Assembly (NCBI GenBank): GCA_036172245.1
Contig: JAYWIR010000001.1
Span: forward strand, 5,332,001-5,396,000
Direction: 5' to 3'
Length of the DNA stretch: 64,000 nucleotides
Source: Raillietiella orientalis
Lineage: Eukaryota
Under the pieces are notes generated by a model. The model was not told the DNA's origin, ran no database searches, and worked only from the letters and a program-made list of their open reading frames with translations. The translations under genes were made by a program, and so were the position numbers. This document shows, one piece after another, positions 35,440 to 48,665 of this stretch. The first letter of the stretch is position 1. Each line of letters begins with the position of its first letter.

Positions 35440-37230
35440 AGGGAGCGCCGCTTTCAGTCTTCCCGGTGGGTCGAGTTCTCCTGGCTCTTCTCAAGGACGA
35501 CAGCGGAGAGTTCATCCTCAGCAGCGTTGATAGCGTGCTCGGCGACCGTTCCGGAAGGATCAGAGCTTCCCCTCTTCCAGAGGAGCCTTTCCCACGGAAA
35601 ATCACAGCTGTGGTAGCATCGCGGGAGGATGCAGGAATTCCTGGAAGCAGGGTTGTTGCTCTGTGGAAATCCCCCCCCCCCTTTTTTTTCCTTCTCACCC
35701 TCGCCCAGTTCAACCGCCCAGGCCAGGGCGTGGACTGGGAAGACGGGAGTGCACTGCAGCTGCTGAGCTGGTCGAAGAGGCACAGCCGGGAGCGAGCAGG
35801 CCGCAGTTCGAGACTCCTCAAACCTCCTTCACGATCCGCCGCTTTCCTGGCCTCATCCAGCTAGCCACCCTTACGGCGAAGGCTCCGCCCCCAGGCAGCT
35901 AAGGAAGATTCCAGCGGGGGCATCTCCGCTGCACGTGGACGAAGAAGCGACCGGGTAGACTTCTGCGAATTTTCTCCCGAGCGAGGATTTAGGAAGGAAG
36001 CGGAGCGTGAAGCGCTTCCCTCCCTAGCCTCTGGAAAGGCCCGAAAATCTGCTCGTTTCCAGGATGCTGGCCCTTCGGTTTTTGGCCGGAAGGCATCAAG
36101 AAGCTCGCGACGCCGCTTCGGATGCGGCCAGCTGGCGCCTATGCTACACGTCCTGGCTGACCGAATCAGCGCCTGCTTTTTTTTCCTTCTTCTTCGCCCT
36201 CTTTTTCTTCTTCTTCGTCTCTTGATCCTTTCCGGTGCGTCTGACAAACCGTCGATGCTTCTCGGAGAGCTTGCAACTCTCCCGCACTCCCCAAGCACTT
36301 CCGTCGCTATCCGAGTGGCGTGGACACGGCTTCCTCACCACGTCCATCCCACCCCAGTGCCACCTCGGCATCTCGGGCGGGCGCCTCGCGCAGGACCCGC
36401 TCCACGAGTTCCTCAGGCAAGGCTCGGAGTCGCGCAGAGCTCGTGGGGCGGGCCCACACTGCGGCGCTCGAGGCGGGCGCTCCGCGGAACGCACGAAGAA
36501 ATTCCGCGCCTCCCTTTGGTCCGTTCCGTTCCCTCCTGATTGACGTCCACGTGAGGAGCTGCGGCCGCGCCCGCTCGCAGATCGCAGCGCAACTTTCCAC
36601 GGCTCTTCCGTCGCGAGGGGGAGAAGTGCGCGAAGGCGGCGGCAGGGACCCCCCTAGGAACGCAACACAAAACGACCGCAGGGTTCTCATCTGACGGAAA
36701 GCCGTTCCGGGCAGGATCAAGGCGCACCGGAGATCCCTCATCCGAGATTCAAGTGTTTGGGGCCGCGGTCCTCTCCGACCTGGCCGCATCTCGAAAACTC
36801 GGCAGTGCAGTAAAGATGTTCCAACCCTCGCGCAGGCAGGGACCCCCGATGCATCTCCAGCTCCGGTCCACCTCATCCCGCGTCCTCGAAGAGGGAGGCC
36901 AACGGACAACGCTGCCCTTGCTCGCCCGTGCGACGGTCCTCTGGGACCACCTGATGAGGAAGAGGGGCATCGGATCTTTCCGAACCTGCTCCAGGTGCGG
37001 CGGGAATCGAACCCCTTCCTGCACCTGCCACCGGACTGCGGTGCCCTTGGGACGGGGATGCTCCAGGGACTCGTCTGAGGCGTGCGGAGGGCCTGCTGCA
37101 GTGTCCTCGCGTCCTCGGCCTCGGGACAGCACGTAGCCTGCTGGGGAAAGCGCCGCGAGGCATTCCTCCAGACGCCTCCGTTCTGAGGACAGGGAGGCAG
37201 CCCACTGTCGGAACGACGAACGGCGGACGG
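35440..37230 (+). mobile_element. Decayed, internally deleted LINE ORF2
   Basis: GRVLLALLKDDSGEFILSSVDSV (endonuclease GR.L...NVYAP region), SSRLL (cf. SRLD), and TCSRCGGNR..C.C at ~36985-37030 (C-terminal Zn finger). Confidence 0.5.
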
Positions 37231-37238
37231 ATTGGGGT

Positions 37239-39060
37239 TGCCACCCGGGTACATCTGGGGCATTTATTAAAAACTCTACAATACGTGGTACAAGGCCCCA
37301 CTGACGGCCAATAACACCGGATCTGCCGGGACTCCGGGACGCAGCCCAGTGTGACTCTCCTCGGCAGTGGAAATGGATGGGGGAGAAAATAAAAATAAGG
37401 AAAAACAAAAAGAGTTTGGAGGGACGGGAAGGAATCACTGGCCACTGGGAGGAGGGTCCATCCTTTGCAGGATGCCCTCGAGGTCCATCCGCATTTGTCC
37501 CAGCTGGGGCCATCCCGTTGCTCTCACTAGAAAGCGAACAGCATAAGGGATGACGTCCCTCTCGTTGTGGCTATCTTCTTCGTCGTGGGCATCACTCCAA
37601 GTCGCCACGATGCCTCGGATGCAGCATAGTGCTGCAACGGCTGCGGCCGGCTGCAGGGCGTCCCGCGCGAAGAGAAGCCGGAAAACGTGTCTGGGTTCGC
37701 TGTCCACTGGGAGTCCGAGGGTCGTCCTAAAACGTTCCCATAGGGGTCGGAGGACAGCACAATCAACAGTAAGGTGGGGAAGCGATTCCCGCTCCCCACA
37801 CCTGGCACACTCTTGATGTACTCTCCCCGCGTCCAGTGGAAGCGGAGCGCGTTGCAGGGTAGACCCCAATGCAACAGCAGCAGCGCCGACTCTTGCCACT
37901 TCAGGGGGAGAATCCTGGATCCAATTAACACTGGGGGACACTTCAGGTCATCCGTCGGGATGCCGAGCAGCTCGCCCCATCTCATCAGTCCACGCGGAAG
38001 GACGCTCGGGGTCGTGGCATCCACCAGTTCTCCCGTGGTCCAGCCTCTTAACTTCCTATCTCTGCCTGAGATTCGGCAGGAGACTTGCCACTTCGGCGTC
38101 CGGCCGCTGACAAGGGCCCTCCGTAGGAAGGGCAGCGCCGTAGCTAAAGGGATGGTCTCCGCCCACGTGCTCCTGGCAGGACACTCCAGAATGGTCCGCA
38201 GGGTGCAGCGGGTGTAGGGGCCGAATCGCAGGCAGTTCCAGTTGTAACTTCCCTGATTAATCTTCTCCCAAGTTCCAACTGCTTCCTCCAGCCATGCGGA
38301 GGAGTTTGCGGGGCTGCATACTATCCAGCCGTTCTCCTTCACCAGTGTGGCCATGCATCCAAGGAGAAGGCCTCATCTTCTGACCTTGCTGCCGGGGCAC
38401 AGAAGATAAGACGCGAGTCCTTGCATCCTGGAGACACGGCTGGCGAGCAGGCAGGCCGGGACGCACCAAGGGGTGTTCCACAACTTCGCTGCGATGGCCA
38501 AGGTTCGCCATAGCAGCTGTACTTCCATCCGCTCCAGCGTCAGGAAGCCAAGACCGCCGTCCCAACGCGGAGGGCACAAGTCCTTCAGCTTCACTCAGGG
38601 CCTTCCGTTGTCCCACAGGGCGATACGGAGGAGGCCCTTGGTCCGCTTCTTCAACAGGGAGGGGGACGGGCCAACAAAAAGCAGGGGGCGGAGGATGGGA
38701 GCCACGAACGCGTTTCATACCGCGGCCCGTTCCGGCAGAAGGAACTTGCCTTCCAGGAACGGGCGGATTGGGGTGCACGCGGATGAACGACGACCCCTCC
38801 CGTTCTCCCCAGGAGCACCCTATATTTTGTGTGTGCACCGCAGAGCTCCGGATAACGCGAAGCTGTATAGCACGAGGCGACGAAAGAACGGCGGCAGTCC
38901 TCGTACAACGCGGTCGAACAGTCCGCCTTACGAACGCTGTGGATGAATTCCAACTTGGTGGCAAGGTGGCAGCTCAGGCACTCTAAAAATCTTGTGCCAA
39001 CACGTGATCTAAGCCGGTTGAATCGTGGAACAATGAGGATGATGGAGGCGAACCTACAGA
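37239..39060 (-). mobile_element. 5'-truncated L1/Tx1-like LINE: RT thumb, zinc finger, 3'UTR
   Basis: LCPPRWDGGLGFL at ~38580-38545; KWQE..LLLHWGLP; CARCGERESLPHLTVDC...LW at ~37810-37735 (canonical CCHC finger); stop at 37435; 3'UTR with AATAAA at 37263-37268. Few frameshifts in the 3' 1.3 kb, more eroded towards 39 kb. Confidence 0.9.
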
Positions 39061-39099
39061 ATCGCTTCAATCGTTTCCATGGAAAACGAAACTCCAAAA

Positions 39100-39500
39100 G
39101 CTCTTTTTGTTTTTACTTCAAGTTAAACGAACACCTCTGATTCTCTTCTTTTCTTTCCAAAGCGATATAATTGATACCATACTGTTGTGGCCTTTTAGCA
39201 TACATGTTATGTATTCAGTAAATATGATGTCACAATCTATTTATGACCCATAGGTCTCGTATAATGCGAAACGCATCCCGCGTCGTATGTGTACCTCCTG
39301 CATGCCTTTTGGAGTTCCTGTCCCGGTGTGGACGAAGTCCAAGGAGGACTCAGACCTCTGCAGCAAACCAAGGTCCTCCTTGGGCTCGCATGAAATCCAA
39401 GCATCCGCTTGCGACAATTGGTCCTGCCTCATTTCCGAAAAAAAAATGAACGCTTAGGTGCAACAAGCTGTCTTTTACCATCCTGGATTGCAGGACCATT
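39100..39500 (-). mobile_element. Possible piggyBac-like transposase remnant
   Basis: AT-rich island. The minus strand reads TRDAFRIIRDL, then MYAKRPQQYGINYIA at ~39205-39161, resembling piggyBac MSR.RF..I and MY.P.KP.KYGIK. No TTAA or TIR boundaries identified. Confidence 0.3.
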
Positions 39501-42124
39501 TATTTAATGTATTGAATGGATATAAATAAAATGTGGATGAATAAATTTTCAGAGCAAAGAAAGCACTGAAATCTTTAAACGAAAGTGATCCTCCCTCATT
39601 CGAAACAGAATCGGGATGGGGATGGATAAATAAGCAGAAGACGACTCCCCAACGGAAGGAGAAGGAGATGAGAGAGGTTCCAAGAGTGGATGAAGAATTA
39701 GGGATGGACCAGCCTCATGGTGACGAACACGATGCCTGAGGGTCTACGTCGGAGGGCGACGAGGGAGGGGAGACGAGGCGTTGTCTCTGGTTTCGAGCTG
39801 GTCCTCCCGCAGCTTTCCTGAGACTCCCCCTCTACGCATCCCGGATCGGTCCATTCCATCTCCCTTCGCATGCAGGCGATGGGCGGGTTTGCGATCCTCT
39901 CTCCCAGGGATGACGGCGGCCACGCCCTCCCTCCATTTCGGCGACCACCGTCTCTCGCATGCCAGAGGAGGATCGCGTCGGCGACGAGGCGCGACTGGCA
40001 ACCCTGGAGGAGAGCACATTCCCTTTTTAGAGGTCCCTGGGCTTCAGCACGGCAGGAAGGAGACACGGCGTCTTTCTGCTGAGGCAGCCCTCCGCACCGC
40101 ACAAGCGACGGGGAGTCAGCGTGGCCACCATTCCGCAGCGGGTGCGTTCCCGCTTCCGGGGGAAGCGCCCCAGGGCACTTACTGCAAACGTAGCGAAAGA
40201 GGAATCCCGGAAGCTGGACGTTTTGGTAGGGCGGCCTGAATAAGTCGATTTCCCCTGAGGGCGCCAGACCTTTGGGAGAGGTCTCGTGAGCCAGCCGCGT
40301 TGCTTTCAGTCGGCCCCAACGATCGGGCAGGATTGTCGCATCCCCCCGCTCTGCAGGAGAATTCCCGATGAGTATTCGCCTCTCGCCCTCCTGCCCGACC
40401 GTTGGACCCTACTGGCTGGAGGCGCAGAGTGTGGAACCCGTGCGCCCCCTGCATCCTCGTTCCGGAGGGTGGGAGCTCGTGTCCCCGGAGCAGCGGCTGC
40501 TCCTTTCCCCGCCCAAGCACTCGGTGCCTCCTCGGCACGACGATGCTCCCGGAGCTTCGTCGTCGTCCTGCGTGGCGAGCGAGCGAGTCGCCTCCGCCCC
40601 CCCTCTTCTTCCTCCTCAGCGGTTCCCCGCTCGGTCCCCGCTCGCGAGCGATCGGATCGCTGTGCGCCGCCGCGCAGCGGGGAGGTGCCGCCGGAGTCCA
40701 GTTGCACCCTCTGCGCCTTCGACTGCGGACTCTCTGGCGGGGCTGCTGATTGGCTTCCCCGGCCGAGACGGCCTCGCCAAGGAAGCGCCGCCTTCCGCCA
40801 TTCCTACCTCCGCATCCCCTGCGACCAGGCGAGGTCGCCGGACGAACGGGCCACACGCAAATCGCCGCCCCCTTCGTCCCCCCGCGCTTCAGGGGGAGAG
40901 GAGGAGGGATCAGGGGAGGAAGGGGCGCACCCCGATCCCTCGCGCATCTTCTACCCGAATCTCTTGGAAACATTCGGCAGAGAGGCGCGCCTTGCCGATG
41001 ACGCGGCAGCACCCATTTCAGCGGCTCCACAGGTCTCCAGGCTGCCAGCGAGGCGCAGACCGAAAGCTGCTGCTCAGGGCGAAGCTGGAAGTGGGGCGAA
41101 GGAAAGAGAAGGAAGAGGATGAAGTAAGGTCATCCGTTCCAGCTGTTTTCCTCGTCTGCAGTGTTGCCAGAAGTCACCACAGTGCAAGGAGACATTTTCG
41201 TTGCTGTTTCTTGTCCGGGTCGTCTCCTGCGGGAGTTCCCCTCTTCGAGTCGCTGGCAACCGCCTCCTGAGGACGTCCGAAGGCTGAGGCGTAGCGCTGA
41301 CCTCAGGCAGGAAGCTCGCCTCAGTATTCCAGCCGCCTCCACCTCCCTTCAGCTTGACTGCCTACTCCTCACTATCCCTCCTCAGGCAGGGGAGGCGAGA
41401 GAGCCGACGACGACGGAAGTGACCCCAGCTCAAGAACCCGTGACATCCCCCTGAGCTGCTGCGAGGAAGCGGTGGAAGCGGTCCGTCGACCGAGCAGCGA
41501 ACGGCGACGAGCCGACGGCCAGTCCTGCCAACCCAGTGCGCTCCTCTTCGGAAAGAGCGGGAGTATAGGCGCCGACGCTCTCGGAGGGCGCTCGGCGTTC
41601 CTGCTCGCCGGAGCTCTGGAAGGATGCTGGTCACCCACGCTCTCGTCGACAGCCAGGGTTCCTCAAACGCATCTCCGTCGCCCTCTGCCTCGCGTCCCTT
41701 CTCTCTGGCTTCCCTCCGAATGCTGCCCAGCGGCTCCCGCCTTTGGACCGGGGCTTTCAGGAGCCAGCACGCGCGTGACCGGCATCTGCTTCCCACGCTC
41801 GCGCGTGCGTCTTTGCACTTAGGCGACTTCTGACAGCACTGCAGAGGAGGGAAAGAGCTGGAACGGATGACTTTCCTTCACTTTCTTCTTTCGCTTCCCT
41901 TTGTGGTTGCTTAGCGATGCTCGACTCACCGCCACGTGCAAGTCACTCCGCTCAATCCTTCTTCCTCCTCCTCTTCCCCCTCTGTCTTTGCATATATCTC
42001 TTCCGGTTAAGGCTGCCGCCCAGGTGGCCTGCTCGAGCCTATCTCTCTTTGCATTTCCCACGAATGGAGGAGAAGAATCCTTCCGTCTCCAGTCGCTTCA
42101 CCGACTGCACCATCCCAGCCATCT

Positions 42125-42490
42125 AGCTTCTTCATCCTCCTCTGCTCTTCTTCTTCCTCACTCCTCTTTTCCTTCCCGTTCTTCCTCCTTTCCCCCCTCC
42201 TCCTCGTCCTCCTCCTCCTTCCCTCCCACCTCCTCCTCTTCTCTTCTTCTTCCTCCTCCTTGTCTTTTATATTTTCCTTTCCCCCTCCTCCTCTCTCCTT
42301 TCTCCTCCTCCTTTCCCCTTTTATTCCCTCATTTCCCTTGCCCTTACTCCTCATCCCTCCTGCTTCTACTGGATTCCCTTCTCACCTTCTCCTACACTCC
42401 TCCTGAGCCTCCCTTTCTCCTCGTCCTGGTTTTCCCCCTTCTCTTACATTCCTCTCCTCCTCCTCCTACATTCCTACTCCTCCCCTTCCC
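42125..42490. repeat. Polypyrimidine (CCT/CTT) low-complexity tract
   Basis: Direct reading. Confidence 0.9.
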
Positions 42491-43299
42491 TGAGGTACGG
42501 CTGCACCATCACCATCCATCTTGACGAATCTTCCGAGAATTCACGGAGCGACTCCTTCCCTCTTCGGCCCCCGCCCTCAGCTTCATGAATCTCCGCCGCC
42601 TTCCCAACGGAGCACCTTCTTCCTCGCGGGATGGACCCGGGACTCTGCGCGCTCGGAGACGGACGTCCCCCCGCCTCGAGTCCTCTCATTTCCTTTGCCC
42701 CCAGCGTGCTTGCCGTTCGGCTTGGGCTGCCACGGGCGCTGACCCTCCCCCGGCAAGGCCGACTGCTCTCTGTGGCTCCTCCTCGCGGTCTCGCGTAGCC
42801 GCGTGCCGGAAGATCCCTTGAGGGTGGAGCGTGGAGGAGGGAGGGCGGAGGAGTCATCTTCCCTCTTCCCCTCTCTCCCCCTGCGGCCCAAGACGCGAGC
42901 GAACCCTCCCGTGGAGGAGAGGAAAGCCCTTCTCGGCAATCTTCTACGGAAATCGAACCGCCCCTCTCTCTCCCCCACGGTCCCTACAGAATCCCAGTGG
43001 GATGCGGCCGGACCATTCGACCCTCCTGGGGATCCTTTCGGGCTGGGAGGGGAGCATCCGCTTCCCAGCTAGTGGGCGGCGAAAGCCCAAAGGAGCTTCC
43101 GTCTGAGGCCGATCCTTCCGCGTCGCAGAGGGTCCCCCCCCCTCCTTCCTTTCCTCCTCCGGAGAATCCTGGCGTCTTTGCCTTTAGCAGGAGGAGGAGG
43201 AGCGTTCCCAAGGTCGGGAGGTGGGTACAGTGACCCCTGTCTAGCAGGGCTACTCGCGGCCGCGGCTGCCATCTGGAGTCCTATTCTTCCCCTCCCCCC

Positions 43300-44200
43300 T
43301 TCGCCTTACCTTCTACGTGGGTCACAGCTCTTCCCTTGGTCCCGGCCTGTGGGCCCTCTCAATACGCCATCCCGCAGTGTGTGGATCCTCCTCGACGCCC
43401 ACGCTCCTCCTCCTCTCCCTCTCCTGGTTGCAAATGCCTCCTCCTCCAAGGGCAGAGGGAACGAGGAGAGAGCGGCAGGGGAGGGAGCGGAGAGTAGGAG
43501 GAGGGAGAGGAGACTGCATCTCTCTGCGGCACCGCGAGCACCCTTCCTCTGAGAGGCGGCAGAAGGCGAGGACCACGCACGTACATCCCGCTACCCCTTC
43601 CTCCCTTTAGGGAGTCCTGGAGGGTCAAAGCTAGGGGGGCGAAGAGCCGAAGAAAGGGAAGGGTCTCACCGAGGGTTTCCGGCTCTTCCTTCCTCACGGT
43701 CGCATCAGCCTCCCGGTGCTTTTGTTCGCTTACCGCCTTCCCTCGCAGATCGACCTCCTCTCGGGTGGGACCTTCCTCTGCAGTTCCCGCCCTCCTCTGC
43801 TGTAACCCGAGCCCTCTGAGCGGGATCGGGATAAGTCCGGGCTGAGTATGAGCTCTCAGACGGGTCCGGCACGGACTTCCCCAGCATCGACTCCTCCCGA
43901 CCGCAGACAGTTGCCAGGAAAACCGAGGCGGGAAACGTCTGACCCTCACACGCGAATGGCAGCACTTGCTGGCGGATGGGCTGTGGCCCTCGGGGGCGAG
44001 GAAAGCTCTACTTGTTGGCTTTCAGGTTTCGAAAGTTCCTTCCCGACCTCCTAGCACTCGTAGCGCCAAGAGGTGGTCAGGAAGGCTAGGAGAGAGTCCT
44101 CCGGTTCAGTTTCCCTCCTTCCTTGGCGACCAGGAGACCCGTAATTTTCTCTCGCGGTCCTGTTCGGAGAAGCGGCTGCCAGGGTGCCCTTCATAAGACA
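43300..44200 (-). mobile_element. Decayed LINE reverse-transcriptase fragment
   Basis: QPIRQQV (RPI position), TQPGLIP (cf. Q.GF.P), EVDLRGKAVSEQKH (cf. DL.KAFD.V.H), VRGPRLLPPL (QG.PLSP region), in order. Confidence 0.4.
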
Positions 44201-47109
44201 AGTCCTCGCCCCTTTGACTGTCGCTTGGCGCTCTCTACAGAACCATCCTCCTTGGACCTCATCCACGCTACCCGTCCACGGAATGAACCTCCTCTTGTAG
44301 CACTCCTAAGGCCGAGTAGCCAGAAGCACAGGTAGACACGTGCGCAGGATTCTTAACTCCCGAGAGAAGCTAAGAACCTTTGTTCCTCCACCTCTTTTTC
44401 CTTTCCTCCTCTTCCTTCCTCGTACCCTCCTTTCGCCGTCGCCCTCCTCATCCCTCCTGTTTCTCCCCTTTCTCCCTTCCCGGCTGTTCAGTGTCCCCCA
44501 CCATTGGCAACCCGCAAGCGCCGTCGCTTCGCTAGCGGCTGCTGACACCTGTCGCCGGCACGTGCATGCGCCAGGGGTCCGTCAGCACGGCGCCCTTTCC
44601 TCCAGGTGCGCCGCCTAGGAGACGGCAGGTTTCCCCTGCATCTCTCGCCGGATGAGCAGGGCGCGGTGGTCGACGCGGTAGAGACGGGTGTGCGCGTCCC
44701 TTTTCGCGTTCCCCAGGCACTCTCGGTGCTTCGCAGAACCCGACGCACCGACCAGCGCGTTGCTGCAGCGCCGCGGCTCTCTCGGGAGGGCGCGCGCTCG
44801 TGCGGACGGCCTTCCTCCCTGCACCTCTTCTCAGCACGCTTGGCATGCGAGCTCCCCGTGGTACAGCTGCTCCGGCTTCCTTCTTCTCTCCTCCTCCCCT
44901 TCCTTTTTAAGTGCGCGATCGGGTGTGTTTATGGGTTTTCGCGGGGAAGAGTAGGCTCCCCTTTTAGAGGCCCCATTCATTTCGTGATCGGCCCCGCCCC
45001 ACTTGCGTGGAGGCGGCATCCCTCCGGCCCGCTGCGACCTCCTCGTCACCGAGAGAAGAGGTCCGCGCCCACCCCTCCCGATTGCTCGCGGGCTCGCTCG
45101 AGCCATGCGTGCCCAGACGGGGTGGGAGGGGCATAGCATGGAGGGGAGTGGGGGATGACGAATGGATGGAAGCCGAATCCGGGATCCACCGACTCGTGCC
45201 GCAGTGCCCACGGGGGTTTCTTTTCCGACGCCCACCGGCAGGCGAGGGAGAGCGGAAGGGAGCTGCGGACTCTTCCGAGGACGCCTTCCGGCAGGGTTCC
45301 TTCCGCAGCGGCGTCTAGCCAGGGTCGCCTTTCTCTACTCCTCCGGGAAGACGCGTGCGCCCGTCTTACCCGAGCGAAGGAGCACCTGCATTCCCTTTGG
45401 CCCTTTGGCGTCGGCGCTCTTACTCTCAAAGAGCCCCAGTTCGCTGCGACCTTGCACGGCGGGGCGCCGCGAGTCCGTGACCAGCGACCGCCGAGCAGCT
45501 GACCGAGCCCACGGACGCAGAGGCGTCCTTCCGACATTTGCAATGAAGCCGCCGTCCTGCCCTGCTTAGAAGATCCTTCAGGCTGATGCCCACCGTTCTC
45601 CTGCTCACGGCGCACCTCGCCGGCTGTTCTCTGCCGGCAGCCCTTCCATGCAGGAGGGAAGTTCCCGAAAGGAAGCCAGAGAGGCCCAGTGCACCTCCTC
45701 GGAGTGCCTCCTTAATCCGAGTCCAGTCGAAGGGATCGCAACGGGCTCTTCCCTCCTGACGTGGGCCTGCCGCTTCCCGGAAATGCTTATCGCCCGCCAA
45801 TCCATTCTCCTCCTCCCTCGGCGCCATCCATCCCCGCGGTCCTGCGGCCTCAAGGCAAAGCACGACGAGCGTCCCCAGGAAACGGGCGCTCAAGCACAGC
45901 GGCTCTGGAAGCGTCCCCGGACCTCAGAGTGTCCGTCCCCGGGGACGAAGGAGGTCATCCTGAAGGGACGATGGTCGACGAGACGGAGGAGGAGGGGGAG
46001 AGGAAGAGGAGGCTCCAGCACTCGGTCGCGGTCCTGCGCTCAGGAGGAAACCACTCTCCAGATTGACGGTTGCCATGGCTTTTCGTTCTGCCCCGAGGAG
46101 CGAGCGGCAAATTTCCTTTCCGACTCTCCCGGCCTTTCGCCTCTTCCTTCCTCCCTCTTTCCCCTTTCCCCTTTCTTCCTTACCGGATCGTTCTGGTTTG
46201 CTCAGCGCCTTCCTAGGGAACTTCAGGGACCCCATCGACTCCACTCGACGGCTGCGGCGGAGGGCTGAATCTCAGCTGTGCAGCTTCCGTTCCCCCTCTC
46301 TTCCCTGCGGGTCGCCTTCTCCGTCCCGCATGGTTCTTCGTTCCGGGCGCGTCTCTTTTCCTGGCCTCCCCAGGGCGGAGGGGAGCAGGGGGGGAGAGCA
46401 GAATCCTTGGAGGCCCTTTCCACGGTCCTCTCCTTTTCCTTCTCCCACCCTCTTTCCTCTCCCTCGAGCCAGGCGGAAATCTTACGGGATCTCCTCCCGT
46501 GGGAGGAGGATGGAGGTCGAATGTGGTGACCGGGTGCTTCACCACTGCAGGGCAGCGACGATCAGTCCACTGCAGGCTGAGGTAAGGGTCTGTGGAGGGT
46601 GCGGAGGAAGATAAGGGTGCGGAGGAATATGAGGGCGGGAGGACTGACCATGCGGACGCGGTGGGCTCGTGCATTCATTCCCCCGTGGGGAGCTCCTGGA
46701 AGAGCCCGCCGCTCGGGGACGCGTTCCTGGAACGATCTGGAGCGACCTCACTACATGCTTTCGTGGGGTCGTCAGAAAGAGCGATCGGAAAATCCGGCAT
46801 CGGTGACCTCCGCAGGACGCGGGCCGCCGCTTCCCGGCGGGAACATCCGGGAAGGAGAGCGCCTCTCTTCCGTCCCTATCCCGCGACGCGGCGCCCTTCC
46901 TGTAAGCGCCGGATGCTCGCGCGCTTTCCCGGTGGATTCACCCCGTCTGCAATGGTTCCTCCCGTCTCTCCCATCCCGGTCCAGGAGCGGAGGCGGCGGC
47001 GGCGCAGGTGAATTGATTTTTTGCACCTCCGGTCGCCGCCATCAGGAGGACCCTTGGTGAGTGCATGCCGACCCCTCGGCGGCGTGTGCAAGGGTGAGCA
47101 GGTGGTGGG

Positions 47110-47280
47110 TAGGAGGATGAGAAAATGAGGAAGAGGAGGAGGAAGGCAGGGAAGAAAAAAAGAGGAAGAACAAGAAAGAAAGAGAAAAAAGAGGAGGAAA
47201 AGGAGAAGAAGGAGGAAGGGATGAAGGGTAAGAGAAGGGGAAAGAGGAGGAAAGGATCAGTGAAAGAGGAGTAGGAGGAC
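47110..47280. repeat. Polypurine (GAG/GAA) tract
   Basis: Direct reading. Confidence 0.9.
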
Positions 47281-47799
47281 CCCATCTTTCCGCATCTCCC
47301 CTTTCTCCCACGTTTCCCCACCGTCGGGGAACGACGGTCGCGCGCTGCTGCCGCCGGTACCTGTTCGTGCCCCACCCTCACCCTACTCCTCTTCCTGCTT
47401 TTCCCCGTGCCCTCGGAGCTTTGCAGAACCGTCCTGGGACAACCGCGGGCGTCCTCCTCTTGCTCCCTTCCTCCTCTTTCCTGGATTTTGGTGCTTTCCA
47501 GGCTCGGGATGACAGAAGACAGTCGACCCCGCAATCGTCTCCGCTAGAGAGCACCCCTCTGGGGTGGTGGGGCAATGTCTCTCCTTGCTCCAGGGAGGAA
47601 GAGAACAACGGAAGCGCCCGGGAGACCCTGGGTCGAATCAGGTGGTGGCATCGGATCCGCTGAAGGTTCACCCGCCTCCTTCCAGCCCGAAACGCAAAGC
47701 GAGGCAGGCAGTGCCCAAGGGAGCCCAAAAGTAGTGACTGCCTGGCTCCCGACTCAAGTAGGGTCGGGTAGGGCGGCGGACAGGGCGTGCCTCCTCCTC

Positions 47800-48400
47800 G
47801 GGCAGAGGCGTTGCCTCTTCGTCCTCTCAGATGCGCCCTGCCCTCTCCAAGCGGGCGCCGCCCCCTGCGAGTCGTGCGACCGCGGACGTTGGACGGCGTC
47901 GTCTCCGCCCCGAATGTGGGCGTCTGGCTCTCGAGCCTCCACTTCCACGACACCATCAGTACCATCTTCAGGCACCCTGCCTTCTTTCAGGACTTTCGTC
48001 CCGCTGCCATCCTCATGAACTCCAGATACGTGAGACCCTCGGGAGCAACCGGATGACCGCGGTGGTCTCTTCCGTCTTCTCCTCCTTCTAGAGCCTTCCT
48101 TTATTCATCCGACCTAGCCAGGTTTGCTCCTCGCGGCTCTTTACGCGCGCTTTGGGTGGCGAGATGGAAGCGGAGAATACTCCTCAGGCAGAGAGCCGCC
48201 TCCTAAAAGGAAAGGATGCGCAGTGGGTGACCTGACTCTGGTCCAGCTGACTCTCACGAGACTCGGGGAGCCCGACCAACCGCGGAGGAGCCTCGGACTC
48301 TGCCTCCCCCCTTCTTCCCTCAACTCATCCTCGGCAACCTCGAGGAGGTGGACCCTGGCCTCCTTGGGTTTCGCCTGGCATCATCGCCCGGACACAGGGT
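47800..48400 (+). mobile_element. Decayed LINE reverse-transcriptase fragment
   Basis: TISTIF.....QDFRPAAILMNSRY at ~47950-48030 (cf. I..I.K....YRPISL.N..YK), LLAALYARFG, and RRSLGLCLPP (cf. RG.RQGCPLSP). Confidence 0.5.
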
Positions 48401-48484
48401 GGTCCCACGCAGCGGCGGCGACTCCCCTTCGCCTGCCGGTCTCCTCGAATGACGGGTGTCTCCGAGAGGTCCCGCGCGACATGA

Positions 48485-48665
48485 AAGGAGGAGGAGGAGG
48501 AAGATCAAGTAGGGGGAAGGAGGAGTGGAGAAGGAATGAAGAAGGTGGGATAGAGGAGGAGGAGGAAGAAGAAAGAGAGAAGAGGAAGAGGACGAAGATT
48601 AGAGAGGGAGAAAGAGAAGAAGGAGGAGGAAGAGGAAGGGAGGAGGAAGAAAGGAAGAGAAAAAG
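48485..48665. repeat. Polypurine (GAG/GAA) tract
   Basis: Direct reading. Confidence 0.9.

Noticed and set aside
36998-37020. Isolated B-box-like motifs (gggaatcgaaccc here, ggaattcgaacc at ~4126)
   Set aside because: Both fall inside LINE coding remnants with no other tRNA-like sequence.
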